Part shown: positions 52,101 through 64,000 of the stretch, piece after piece
Layout: every line of letters begins with the position of its first letter
How positions within the stretch are numbered: position 1 is the stretch's first letter
Source of the DNA: Antedon mediterranea
Taxonomy: Eukaryota; Animalia; Echinodermata
Assembly: GCF_964355755.1 (NCBI RefSeq)
Contig: NC_092675.1
Location: 21,920,912 to 21,984,911, forward strand
Direction: 5' to 3'
Length of the DNA: 64,000 bases
The notes under the pieces: model-generated
Told to the model about the DNA's origin: nothing
The model's input: the letters and a program-made list of their open reading frames with translations, nothing else
Database searches by the model: none
Made by a program: the position numbers and the translations under genes

Positions 52101-55100
52101 TCACACAACAAAGTTAAAATACTCGCCTAACCATAATAATAATGATTACAGGGCTAGTTTTTTGTTTATAATTTTTGGAAAAAGTTGATGACTACAAATA
52201 TTTGATTCGGACGGTTATCAGGAGTTTTTAGTTTACTTTTATAATTTGCAAAAGAGTGACTACTATGAGAAAATATTTAAGTCCGTAATTAGAAAAGATG
52301 ATAATACAATACAGACGTAACAGAATTATAAAGAAAATATAATTTCCGCTGTAACTTGTTGTTTGTTTATTTTTATAAGTGTTTCTGTTTGATGTCTGTA
52401 AATCTCTTGTGGAATACGAATAAATTGTATTTCTTGATCTATACATACATAATATTTCCTACATGGGCTATAAGGGACTTAGACATGTTCGTTGATTTAA
52501 TTTTTCACTGTCTGATTTTGTTTCCCAAATTATTTCAATCCCAAATTTATCTAGAGCATTAAAGGCAGTTCTTTTAATTCAAATTGTAGTTAAATTTCAA
52601 AGGTGTTTTACTACCTAGCTGATAACCAATTCCTTTGGACTTAGGAGAGTACAGTAAATAGTAAATTAAGATTTGTGCTTGACTTCACTGCTTAATTGTA
52701 TTTCAAAGTCTTATCAGATGCCCATGGTAAAAAGATAGAAACAGCCATTTTCCATTTATAATGGTGTCCTATAGACGGAGTTCTACTGTAGTAAGAGAGT
52801 GCGTGTTTTACTGTTATGTAAAAGATCATTTGGATTCAGTGTCTGGGTTTTTATTCTACCTTATTTATAGAGGGTGACCCGAAACAGCGTATGCTGACAA
52901 TCAAGAGGCCCTCTTGATGAGTGACATTGGCTGTATGTATACTAGTACAGTGGGGTAACCCCCTACTCATCTCGAAAGATGTACTAGGTTCTTTAAAGTG
53001 CACATGAGCAAGATGTGTACACCTCCCACCCTATCCATATATCCTAATTTTATATACTATAACCAAAATATACCTGAATTTTAATAATTGATTAAATTCT
53101 AAATGTTAGATGTTTCTAATAGTATATGTATTATTAATATTACAGTTAGTATTTTTAAAATATTGTATAGTAATAACAATGTATTAATATACTTGGTTTT
53201 TACAGGACGGTCAGACAGCGTTAATGTTGGCAGTTAGCCACGGCAGAGTACAAACTGTTGAGTTATTGTTAGAAGCCAAGGCTGACTTGAACATTCAGGA
53301 TGAGGTAAAATAACACATTCGCAACAGGGGATATTAAAATGTACAATAATACAAGAAAAGCTCTTAACACTTTACAACACTTGACATTTTATCCTTTATT
53401 TTATTTAAAATCTTTAGAGAGGATAACCTGTTCAGTTTTCATTACAAAAGAACTAATATATAAATTTGGATAAAAATATATGAAAAATATAAAAGCTTAA
53501 ATAATAAACAATGCACAATATAATATAACATAAAACAAAGCAAAAAAAAATCAGATGAAATACTTTTAGGTAGATTATTAAAAGTTAGGATGACTATAAT
53601 GAGGCATTTAATAAATTATTAAAACAAATGAACTGTTTATTTTTGTGTTTATACTAAAGTAAAGCTTAAATTAAATACATTTCTGTATTTAATTTTTAAA
53701 TTTTTACAAAGCAATTAAAATATCCATTGGTTGGAACATAGCCAAGGATAAAATTTTCTATCTAAATACATCCTATAAATCATTGACAAAAAAAACCCCG
53801 TATTACTTACATTTTTGTTCAGTAACTTTCACACTAATCTTACTATTTATAAATATTTTTTTTCTTGTTTGAATATATTATTGTATTGCCTACAACACTG
53901 TATTTCAATTCTGTATACATTTTAGTTTTGACCCTAATGTATATTGGTGTTCTTATAATGGCATGTTGGTTTTTGGGTAGTGTATAGTACTGTATATATT
54001 TGCTGTGATGTGATTGAATAAGCACCACAGTATATACGCGCTGCATCAGTCAAAATTTTAATTTTTGCTCAACACAAGTAAATGATTAATTGTTCTGTTT
54101 TGCCTGATGTAAAAGATTTTTCATTTGTGTAATAGTTGATTCTTATTTCACTAAGTGCTATTGTAGTCACTGAACCATGTTAAGATATATCTCTTGTTGT
54201 GCTTTAAATTTAAATAGCCATAAATATTAAATAATTGTAAAATTGATTAAATAAAAAAGCTGCTGTGCTTGTTCGATGACTTATTGTAGATTTTACAATG
54301 GTGAATGCATTTTAATATTTTTTGTTTTTTTTATTTAGTAATATACTTTATTTGTAACACACTCTGTTTTTAACAAATAAGATACTAATTATAAAGAAAT
54401 AATAATATTAATAGTGATATTATTATTGATTTAATAATTATTATTAAATTGTTTTAACTTTAATAATTAACAATATTTTGTTGGCAAATTCACAAAGTTT
54501 ATTTAATATTACCTGGAGCAGATAATAGGCATTGGCCTTTTTTTGTCAAATTATTAATTAATAATTTAGTCATTGATAAAATATTATAAATTCATAAATA
54601 TTAACATAATTAACATATTAAATATAAACAGAGTTTGATGCAAAATAAGATAAATGGGTGATGGGAAGTTTGCATGTTTGCAACAACTTGAAAATGTTTT
54701 TGTCACTTTACGAGCAGGATGGGTCGACAGCACTGATGTGTGCCAGCGAACATGGCCATCTTGATATAGTCAAGATGCTACTGGCCGAGGCTGACTGTAA
54801 TCCCACGCTTCTTGATAACGTAAGTTTTTCGGGGTGCTAACAAGGGTTTCATGCATCACTGCTTTCGTGCAATGAATGCGTATGATCATAACACCACTGC
54901 ACTATTTAACAACACACTGCACACAGTCACAGGGCATTTGTGATCATATGTTCTCAAAGGCTCGTATATGAAACCATGCAATGATTTGAAATGACACTCT
55001 TCACCTGTATGCAGAAACAGATTCACAGCTCAGCTACCGATTCCATGTTCAAATCCTCTCAGAAGCCAGGACTTTTCTCATGACAAAAAACAACTCCACT

Positions 55101-58100
55101 TCAAAAGACGTGTACAAAAACTTTGTTTGTGTAGTGAGTGCATCTTGTGAATTTGATTGTTTTGGGAACAGAATTGCCACCTTTGAGAAGGAAGTGAATG
55201 AACTCACTTATGGCTATCATTAAAAATCAGAATACAGTAATACATAAATGTTTTTGACAAAATACAGTTTTGCAGTCTATTCAATATTTCAAAAAATATT
55301 TTGTTTCTGTATCCCCCACCCGTATCTACCATTTGAAGTATAGTGATTCTGCTATGTGATTTTACCTTACAATGAATAATTGATGATGTCTGTTGTGACT
55401 TGTTTTTCCAGCATACACACAGAACTAACTTAACCATAGCACTTAAATTAAGCTGTCATCAACTGCCACATTACTTGTTACTTTTAAGAATATTTGGGAA
55501 GGAAAATGTGATGAAGGATGCTAGTAAGATAACAGCATGCGAGCTAATGATGTCAGTGACTTTTAAACTGTTTGTGACTTGTCAATCTATTGCATTTCTG
55601 TTTAATCAACAGAATCAGAAGCATTGACATTTGTGGTACCTGTTTATGCTTGACTGAATTTATGTTTTCTTCCAGAAACTAAAAAAGCCTGGTTTTAAAC
55701 CAAATCTAAAATTAACCATGTCTGTGCTTAAAAACAGAACAAATTAGATGGTAGTACCATAAATCTCCAAATATATTGACGCCACCAGTATATTGGCTTG
55801 AAATGTCTGTTCACTGAAAGTCTAGTTTTTGTCGAATACAATTGCAATAGATGAGTTTAGAACCTTTAAGACATTGTGTTAGTTTTCAAATTCAAAATGT
55901 AGTATTGTCACTAAAAGAATAATTAGTCGACAAAATTTGAAGACCAACGATACAGTAGAAATTTCTATCAAAGGTTGAATTATAGGACCTAACAAAGAAT
56001 AAGAGTGTATTTCTCCTGACTAGACATTCCCAAGTTTCATCTGGTTTAGTCCAGGGGTTACGGTCAAACTCAATTGTACAAGACATGTGGTCTTATAACT
56101 GACTCAGTATGTTCATTGCGCATATCCTGATTGGTCATTTTAAATATAGAATTACTTTGCTGTTTTAAAAGGAGGTTACGAGGACCAAACTGAATTGTAA
56201 CGATGACTTGTAAGACCCTAAAAATCCTATTGTTTTAATATGTTAACCTTCCATCCAGCACTTAGCTAAGTCAATGATATGTTGTATGTTAGTTTAATGT
56301 TAGGCCTGAAATCGTGGCCTAGATTTCCTTCACCTCAGCAGAAGTGAAGCTTATAGCCTCCTGCTTGGCCTAGATATGCTCTGTCACACATGTGTGTCTT
56401 GTGTGCGAGGCTTGGCAAGGATGTGTTTTCGTTCTACGCTTTATCTTTGTAAACTGCGAGCTGTGATTTGCCAGTCAATAAAGACTTCCTGTTTGCTGGA
56501 TAGGTCAGCCATGTCACGTCGGAAATACCCAAAGCATCATGCAGGGAATCATGGGAAATTAAAACCACCTGAAAATAAAAATGTTGACAGTTTCTGATAA
56601 AAACACCATAATATTTTCCATGACATATTTTTTAAACTTTTTGAACATTTTTTTAAACTTAAAGCAGAAAAATGTGTAAATTATATGGCTTTTTAAAATG
56701 AATATATATTATATATTACATTATTAATTAATTTGTTTTTACATCCTCTTCCCCCAAATAATAATGTTTGTTATATTATCTTTTTCTTGTGCTTTTCAAA
56801 CACTGTAAGTAAGGATATGCAACTGTTGTTAAGTGGCATGTGTTTTACTAGCTGTTGTTAGTTGTGGCATGTGTTTTACTAGCTGTTGTTAGGTGTGGCA
56901 TGTTTATACTGTCTTAAGTTTTGCTGTATGCATGTTATTATTAATTATAAACATATGATTGGTTTATAAAATGTGCTTAGTGAAATATATAAGGTTTTTT
57001 AATGTTTTAAAGGTTTCATTTTAAAATAGGATTACTATAATAGATTATTCTTTATTTATATTATCATATTATAGGATGGTAGTGATGCATTTTCTATTGC
57101 TATGGAAACCGGAAACAAAGATATTGGTGTCTTGCTGTATGCTCATTTGAATTTTAAGTCACCCACATCTGTAAGTAACCTAATTACTGGTAATGCTTTT
57201 GTTTTAATTGATATAATATTAATCACAATTATGTAAAATGTGTTATAAAAACAGAAATCTTGAGTTTGTAGTTTAGTTGTTACATTTTAAAATGCTTTGT
57301 TCTTTTCAGAATAAACTTAAGAAAAGATCAACAAGGTAAGCATAGTTAATTGTTAGAGATGTAGTTTTTACTACAAATTGATGATGACGGCAGCCATAAT
57401 ACTGGGACTGTTTCGACTACAAAAACTGAGTTCCCAATGACAATGTTTCCTTAATAGGTGTCCCTTGAATAGCACTGCCCACTAAGACGAATTCTACTGT
57501 AAAAGTCTTATAATAAAACATGCTGCTGCATATATAACATGATTGTGAAAAAGACACCACTGCACTGTGACAATGTTGATAATCTTATTTGCACTAGACT
57601 AATTGAATTGATTACATCACTTTTGTAATTAAGTTAAAAATAATATTAAATATCTAAATAGTAACTGAACTGACTCTGAAACACCATTTATGGACTTATT
57701 ACCATTATGATATTATAAAGCAAAATTCTATGAGTAACCTATTATTCAATTCAATTCAAATTTATTCACAATAAAACACATCAAAATGAAGATTCACACG
57801 AATCAAAAGATTAAAATGGTTTTAACAAGTTAAATAAAGTGTCAAAATCATTGTGAAAAAGGGCAGACTTAACGCTATCACAGATATCATGATTGACACA
57901 ATCCACAGATTATACCGGCATGAATAAAAAATTACCCAAAATTTGTGGTTAGGCCTATACTTATACATGGGTTATAATAATGCCAGTACAATATTTTTTG
58001 TTCATTGATTTGTGTTTTCTTTGTATTCTAATGCATGTTTTATATATTTCACATGAATTCACATTCACTGAAACACAATAATGTTTGTTGTTCTTTGCTT

Positions 58101-60286
58101 TTTCTGTTTTATTGTTCTACAGATTTTTATAATATATTTTTGACAATAAAATGTTGAATCTTCTTCTGTTTGTATTCACTGAAACACAATGTTGTTCTTT
58201 GCTGACATATCTTTCTGTTTTATTGTTTAATTGTTCTATAGATTTTCATAATATATTTTTGACAATAAATTTTTCATTCTTCTTCTTTTTACTTCTCCCT
58301 TCTACAAAGGACTGACTCTGAGTAGCGACAGGTTGGTAGTAGCACGCCCTCTATTGATGATTACCCTTTAATACTGCGCTTTCTATCCCTAACCTTATTG
58401 CATGTGTTATATATACAGTATTGTATTATCCATATTTATTTATTGGGCAGTCAAGCATAATAAATGATTAATTACCATTAATTTGAATATATTAACACCT
58501 GTTGTCTCATACAAATTATACCTCTTATTGGTTATTTATTGGCAGTCCAAGCATAATACATGTTTAATTACCATTAATTTGATTATTTTAACACCTGTTA
58601 TTATTCATCTTATTGGTTTTTGTTGACAGAAAATATTGATAATGTATAATGCTTTATTTAAAAATGACACCTGGTTTTAAGTGTGTATGCTAATTTTACA
58701 CATTAATAACAATATTTATAAAAGTAAGATAACAAAATTGTTAAAAGGAACATTTTAAAGTTTCTACCGTTTATTACACATAGTGTAGTATTTAAAAGCC
58801 TTAATTTATTATAATGAAAATATTTAAATATTTGCATATATTATAATCCGACATTACTTATGCTTATATTAATATCATTTTGACTAATGTAATGCTATTG
58901 TTACAGATTTAACATCATGATTTGAATAATATAGAATTCCCTATTTTTTTATTATACAAAAACTTAACATAACTAAAGTTATTAATTTTCATTGTATACA
59001 GTATTACTGTACAGAAACTGAAACCATGATGGGGCAGGGAAGACTCATACGCATCTCTCAATCATTTATGACAGCACCTAAAAATGTCCTTAAATGTATC
59101 TTTAATGAATTATATTATATATATATATTGTTATGTAGTTTTTCTATAACCGTAAATCTTTATTTGTGCATGCTAATTTATCTTCAGCTTTGTTAACTTT
59201 TCAATACCTGACATAATTAACAAAATCAAATAGAAGAAAGTATTTACTTTTAAAAAAGTCAGAGGGGTGGTGTATCTGCTCAATCATGCTTGAATTGTCC
59301 AGATGGGAACATCAGAGGCATTTGCTAACCTTGGGACTCTCCTTTTTGTTTTTGGAAGTCCTTGTTGAAACAAAATTAACAAAATATATTATGTAGCATG
59401 ACTTTATCAAAATAAATTACCCTTGGCCATAAAATGGTGTGGTTGCCTTGTTTTAATATTTAAAAGGACGTTTTTTTCCTTCTAAAACCATCCGTATAAA
59501 GTTATAAACAACTTAATATCATAAAGCACATTTTTATGTTATATGTCTGTTACCAATCATAGAACACTTCTGTTTCAACTCCCTCGACCACCCTGTACAT
59601 ATATAATGCAGTCTGTTTCTGTAAAGTATCTATATTTATAAATTACTCCCATTCCTCTATTTTGTTCATATTGTCGCTTATGTTTTTTAAGAGTAAATCA
59701 GTATTTGTGTGCTTTTTATCATTGAACACTTTTGTCATTGTGTTTTCATTATTGCTATGTTGTCAGCTTCATTGTGTGTTTCTTTGTGTCTTTCTCTTTT
59801 TCATGTAGTCCTCAACGTCATCATTATCATGCTAGCCCTGAACGTGCTGTCACTGCTAGCTGTAGCCTAACAGCACTTGATCAGCTTCACAATCTAGCAT
59901 CATCATCAATTAAAGTAACACCACCCTCAAAACTTCCTGTTTCTACTAGCTACAGAAGCCGATCACAAAGCCCAAACAGCCGCAAACCACTTATCAAACC
60001 TCTTGTTACGAAGACCTCCGAACCGAAACTGAAGAAACGAACAACATCTGCAATGCGTAGTCCATCTTCGCCCTCTTCGCAACCAAAATTCACTACGAGA
60101 ACTTCTCTTCTGACAAGCTATATCAACAGAGCAGCATTCTCATCATCTTCGGAGAGAACTACTAGAGGACCACAAAACACGCGTATTATTAAAGAATCTA
60201 ATAAGGAGGCGAAGAATAGTAACTTACAACGTTTTAAAACAACAAAGATAATATACCAAAAGACAAATGGTAATAATGTTAACTAA
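43028..60286 (+). CDS. KANK: KN motif and ankyrin repeat domain-containing protein (KANK family), 13 coding exons, about 1451 aa
   Basis: KN motif [21 protein letters not shown], coiled coil 1 [34 protein letters not shown] helix and ankyrin repeats ([39 protein letters not shown]). All 12 introns are GT-AG with matching phases; the summed CDS is 4356 nt. Confidence 0.95.
44785..47178 (+). CDS. KANK: KANK large exon (2394 bp): KN motif, Pro-rich motif, coiled coil 1, Ser/Thr-rich linker
   Basis: Acceptor attatcag at 44784, open frame shared with ORF 44904..47249, donor G|gtaaag at 47179. Confidence 0.95.
47347..47607 (+). CDS. KANK: KANK exon (DLLEEQQ...AIRE)
   Basis: Acceptor atttag, donor G|gtacag, phase 1/1, within ORF 47268..47705. 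Confidence 0.75.
48537..48556. mobile_element. 20-bp perfect palindrome with 7-bp direct repeats (gttaaat); putative P-superfamily footprint
   Basis: gttaaat-catggaggtatacctccatg-gttaaat. Confidence 0.75.
48701..48800 (+). CDS. KANK: KANK exon ([10 protein letters not shown]...DVTK)
   Basis: Acceptor tatacag, donor aa|gtaaga; open frame bridging phase 1 to phase 2. Confidence 0.8.
48999..49247 (+). CDS. KANK: KANK exon, acidic Ser-rich segment ([18 protein letters not shown]...)
   Basis: Acceptor ttatttag, donor gg|gtaaga, phase 2/2. Confidence 0.85.
49548..49635 (+). CDS. KANK: KANK exon ([18 protein letters not shown]...)
   Basis: Acceptor gctgtag, donor ttg|gtaatt, phase 2/0. Confidence 0.85.
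49983..50132 (+). CDS. KANK: KANK exon, helices before the ankyrin repeats (EWFRITSQK...VVNMVDHN)
   Basis: Conserved KANK EWF motif; acceptor tttcag, donor gtaagt; 150 nt. Confidence 0.92.
50526..50738 (+). CDS. KANK: KANK ankyrin repeat exon ([11 protein letters not shown]...DVNIKDTR)
   Basis: Ankyrin consensus; acceptor atcag, donor gtaaag; 213 nt. Confidence 0.93.
52860..53025 (-). mobile_element. Deu/Nin-domain-like SINE 3' half with LINE-derived tail
   Basis: The - strand reads gcactttaaagaacctagtacatctttcgagatgagtagggggttacccc; the tail stem-loop resembles 26534-26575. Related relics near 490-620, 2320-2400, 33600-33730 and 34950-35030. Confidence 0.6.
53206..53304 (+). CDS. KANK: KANK ankyrin repeat exon ([33 protein letters not shown])
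   Basis: Translated by eye; acceptor tttacag, donor gtaaaa; 99 nt. Confidence 0.95.
54718..54819 (+). CDS. KANK: KANK ankyrin repeat exon ([22 protein letters not shown]...)
   Basis: Ankyrin motif characteristic of KANK; acceptor gcag, donor gtaagt. Confidence 0.95.
56822..56905. repeat. Tandem repeat, about 3 x 30 bp (ctgttgtta.gtgtggcatgtgttttactag)
   Basis: Directly visible. Confidence 0.8.
57075..57170 (+). CDS. KANK: KANK last ankyrin exon ([32 protein letters not shown])
   Basis: Matches the [13 protein letters not shown] terminus; acceptor attatag, donor gtaagt. Confidence 0.93.
57310..57335 (+). CDS. KANK: KANK 26-nt micro-exon (NKLKKRST)
   Basis: Strong acceptor ttcttttcag and donor AG|gtaagc; needed to convert phase 0 into the phase 2 of the last exon. 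Confidence 0.8.
58062..58290. repeat. Tandem duplication, about 2 x 115 bp
   Basis: attcactgaaacacaat...attgttcta.agattt..ataatatatttttgacaataaa occurs twice. Confidence 0.8.
58310..58331 (+). CDS. KANK: Candidate alternative 22-nt KANK exon with an in-frame stop (R-T-D-S-E-stop)
   Basis: Long polypyrimidine tract at 58270-58303, aag acceptor, CAG|gttggt donor; phase 2 entry gives TAG at 58323-58325. Confidence 0.45.
58434..58620. repeat. Tandem duplication, about 2 x 100 bp
   Basis: atttattggcagtc.aagcataata...taattaccattaatttga...taacacctgtt...tcttattggtt occurs twice. Confidence 0.8.
59809..60286 (+). CDS. KANK: KANK terminal coding exon, basic Ser/Pro/Thr-rich tail
   Basis: Polypyrimidine tract plus tgtag acceptor; phase 2 matches ORF 59732..60286; stop TAA at 60284-60286. 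Confidence 0.8.
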
Positions 60287-63139
60287 TGCAGTTGACTATC
60301 ATCTTTATGTGTCCTACACTAAGAAATTAAAATGGAGTTGATAATGAAGGTGTTTTGTAACAAGACATTACACCCAAATACAAGTGATAATTTTTCTACC
60401 AAAACCATTTTAAATTCTGTGTTATAAATATTTGACTTATTTCATAATGGAAACTGAGTTTTAGTAAGTGATATTGCTTATCAGTTTATTAAGATATTGC
60501 ATATCAATTATTTGATACAGTTATAATATTATTCATGATTTATATAGTGCCTTTTGAAAAGATCAATCATTTTGAGTATGGTAGTTAAATACATATCTTC
60601 CAATTTGGTTTCACAAACATTATGTTGCCAGATAAATACTGTAGTTAATTTTTTAAGATGACAAAGGTATATTGAAACTTAAAAAATAGATAATACAATT
60701 TTTTTAATTTACTAATACAAATCTCTTCTGTATATAAAATACATCAAAATGTAATTTTATTGTATACTAATTTTGCTGTGTTGTGCAATATAGTGTTAAT
60801 ACAGTAGTATATCTTAAGATAACCAATTAATTAATTTAGCATTTAATTTTATCATTTATTTAATTTGGAACTGGATTTTGTTCCCACCAATATTGTATTT
60901 AATAGGTTTTAAAAATTGTATCATGTATTATATGTAAATGTCTGTTGTATATTTGCACATTTTGTGATGTTTTAACATGTTTTTTTCATTTCATTATAAA
61001 TATGTGTCCTATTATAGTCCCATGGGTCTTTAAATTAAGGGATTATAATTGGTTGACAATGAATAAATTAAAAGCATTTAGTGCATAGAATATCAGGAGA
61101 TAAACCTAAAACAGTTCACACTAGGGCTATAATTGAATCGAGCATGGTGTCTGAATCTAGCATAGAGTTATTATAAATACATCGTCAACTAGGTGACAGC
61201 TAAGTAATGCAAACAGGGTAGGACTACTAAAAATGGTCACCGTTCAACGTATCTGATTGGCTGACGTAATACAGCTATATCCAATGGTTTGTCTATGGTG
61301 TGATACTGGGCTAGACATATTAAACAATAGACAATCTTAAATAACTGCAACTGAACTTAACATTAATTTACATACCATTTGTAATTCGGCACTAGAAATA
61401 TTATTCATGCAATATATGGCATAGCATACTAAAAATAAATTCATTATAAGTTATTCTCATATAATCAATAATTATAATATATTTTAATTGGTAATATAAG
61501 ATAAAGTAATTAACTTTATTTGTGACAATCATGTATTTGACTATGAAGTACAATTTTAGACTGTGATCAAAGTATAAACAAGCTGCAAAAGATATATACC
61601 TAATTGAATGGGAACATGTGTATTTTAAAAGTAATACAGTATAATTAAAATCAACTATTATAAATTCAATTGTATTTAATAGGCCTACCTACAGTATAAC
61701 CATACAAATGTATTCATTTTAAACAATCTGTATTTAGTTTATGTATTAATAAATATTTTGTATTCAAAATACTACAAAGTTTGCCATTGTTTGATTGGAT
61801 CTAATTGGAAGAAACCTGTCAACCATTCCATTTTGGATACTTCCTGTTGCTGACTACAAATTGATAAAATACTAGAAAATTACCTAATTTTATTCTAGAT
61901 TGGATCATTGGAATATCAAACCACTCCATCCAATTGTTCCATTTTTTTCCTACTTCTAACTTGTACTGCCTACGAAATCAACTAAATATTTAAAATACTA
62001 GAAAGTTATAGCCAGTTTTATTCTAGATTGGATCATGAAATGTCAACCTTTCCATCCTGCCTACAAATTGAAAAGCGTTGCTACTGGTATTTTAGAAAGT
62101 TTTGGTTTTTTTTCATTTATTTCTATTTATTAGTTTTTATAAACCATAATTTAAATACTCTGATATTATCTCCAAACAAAATTGATGAATCGGTAAAAAA
62201 AGGCTAGTTGTAGGCGTAAGGCTGTGTTTCTCAGCAGGCAAAAGTTAATACAAGTAAAAATGAATTGATAAAGTTCCTGTGGAAAGGTTTTAATTAATAT
62301 CTCATTCAAATCAGATAATTATGAAATAAATGTGATAATGTAAGATGTATTGTCCCCCAGAAAAACTAATTATTGAATTTTTTTTTTCAATATGCTATTC
62401 ACATAATAGATTATATCGGAAAAAATGTATTTACCTGAAAAAACTGTAGTTTAAAGCAAAAAAATAGTCAAATTGGCTATTAGCCAATGGATTTTTGGTT
62501 GAATTTAACCATTTATTTTGTCATTTTATAAGAGAAAACATTATTTTTTATTTTTTTTTTCTGTGGAAGTTATTAAAATTACAAAATAACCTATTCAAAG
62601 TCTTCATGTTTTCATGGCTGCAAAAACATTGCCTAAAGTGAGAGTTCCAAAAGATGAATGAAATGAAGGGAACTAAAGTTTAACAAAAGTGAGTATACCG
62701 TATATTCAGAGCGTCATTCTGACGACTGGAGCATTCTCTACTTCTCTACGGAGCGCCATTTATGCCTTCATTAACTTCAATATTTATTTATTCTTTCTTT
62801 TGACTGGATTGCATTTTCAGTAACGCAGTACTGCTTTCCAAAATGGTCCAGTTATAAGTTTAAAAGTAAATAAAAATTATAACATAAATACACAGTAGGC
62901 CTAATTTAAAAGATATATACAGAACAGTTAAAAACAAATAAAATATAAAAAATAAAATATAAAAAATGTAAGATCACTTGGATGAATAGAAATAGTACTA
63001 CGTTAACTGCTCAAGTGGACCCAATTTAGCACCAGGGTAGCACAGTGATATAAAATAGAAATAAAAGTCACTACTTTTAATATCGTTTCGTATATACCCA
63101 TATCAAAAACTGACAAACAGAAACATCTTGGCATTGTTT

Positions 63140-63805
63140 GTTTCATTTATTTATTTTCCACACATTGAACAAAACGAACAGATATATGAACTATAAGAAA
63201 AGAAAAAAGAAGACAATGTGTGTGAAAGGAGATCAAAATAAGTACAAATTACTTTAAGCATTGACCACCTAAACAGTTGTCGACATGACAAGGAAACTAA
63301 TAACTCTTAAATATTGACGACAAAGTAATTATGCCAAAAAAGTTAAAACTAACTAATACATGGTTATTTACTGTAAAATCAACAAAACAGATTTCAAAAA
63401 AGATAAATTAGGAAATGTAGTTGTTAATTAGTGATTGCTTATAAGTAATTTTAAAACTGGCTACGGACATCTTAGATTTTAGCTGAATTGGTAGTTGTTC
63501 CCATAATTTGGGGCCAAGGTATGGTATAGTATAGAGTTACTGGTAATTAGTGAGGGACGAAATTTTGGGTGAAAATTAGATGATGAAAAACGAGTTGGAT
63601 AATTGTGATAGGTGGATGGTTTGCTAAAGATTGAAGTGATTTGGGTTGGAAGAGAGTTTTGTGATAATCGAAACATAAAAATAGCAGTTTGTAATTTATT
63701 GATGTCAAAAATATTTAGAACCTTCAGGTTATAAAATAAGGGCTTAGAATGAGAGTTGAAATCAGCCCCTGAACAGATTCGAATTACTCTTTTTTTAAAT
63801 TTAAA
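63140..63805 (-). mobile_element. L2/Crack-group LINE 3' fragment (frameshifted ORF2 C-terminus and 3' UTR)
   Basis: KKRVIRICSGADFNSHSKPLFYNLKVLNIFDINKLQTAIFMF...HNYPTR, with GPKLW in another frame. Confidence 0.85.
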
Positions 63806-64000
63806 TAAACCATCAATATGAGTGGTTTCACATTCACATTGATTCAAATTTATCTTTTTCTTTTCATGTAAATAAACTTCGTTCCAAACTGGGCTTGTCC
63901 ATCTCCATCTTATCGCGTGCTCAGTCATTTAATTAATAAACACACATCCATACTCCTCTATAACACTATAATCCTCCCACACATTGACTATTGATGTAGT

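Noticed and set aside
59732-59808. Hydrophobic signal or TM-like start of ORF 59732..60286
   Set aside because: It is the translated polypyrimidine tract of the last intron; the exon starts at 59809.

Overview
AT-rich (roughly 30% GC by eye) genomic DNA from an invertebrate animal; a deuterostome such as an echinoderm is plausible but is inference only. It is not prokaryotic. The main gene is a + strand KANK (KN motif and ankyrin repeat) orthologue with 13 phase-consistent coding exons from 43028 to 60286 (about 1451 aa by my splice model), possibly preceded by non-coding 5' exons spread over the first 40 kb. A single-coding-exon, two-Ig-domain type I membrane protein gene lies on the - strand at 20410-21363. 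About 560 bp downstream of it, on the same strand, is a Penelope-type repeat carrying a minimal hammerhead ribozyme motif. The rest is repeat-rich intronic or intergenic DNA: 5S-rRNA-headed and tRNA-headed SINEs, L2/CR1-group LINE 3' ends, and Tc1-mariner/pogo, PIF/Harbinger and hAT-like MITEs. The most notable observations are: (1) three 20-32 bp CATGG...CCATG palindromes, each flanked by a perfect 7-bp direct repeat, which resemble P-element excision footprints; (2) the hammerhead repeat next to the intronless Ig receptor; (3) a candidate 22-nt stop-containing cassette exon that would remove KANK's SxIP-like tail; (4) an array of about 18 TQT-like putative LC8-binding motifs in KANK. All coordinates and translations were read by eye; no database searches were run.
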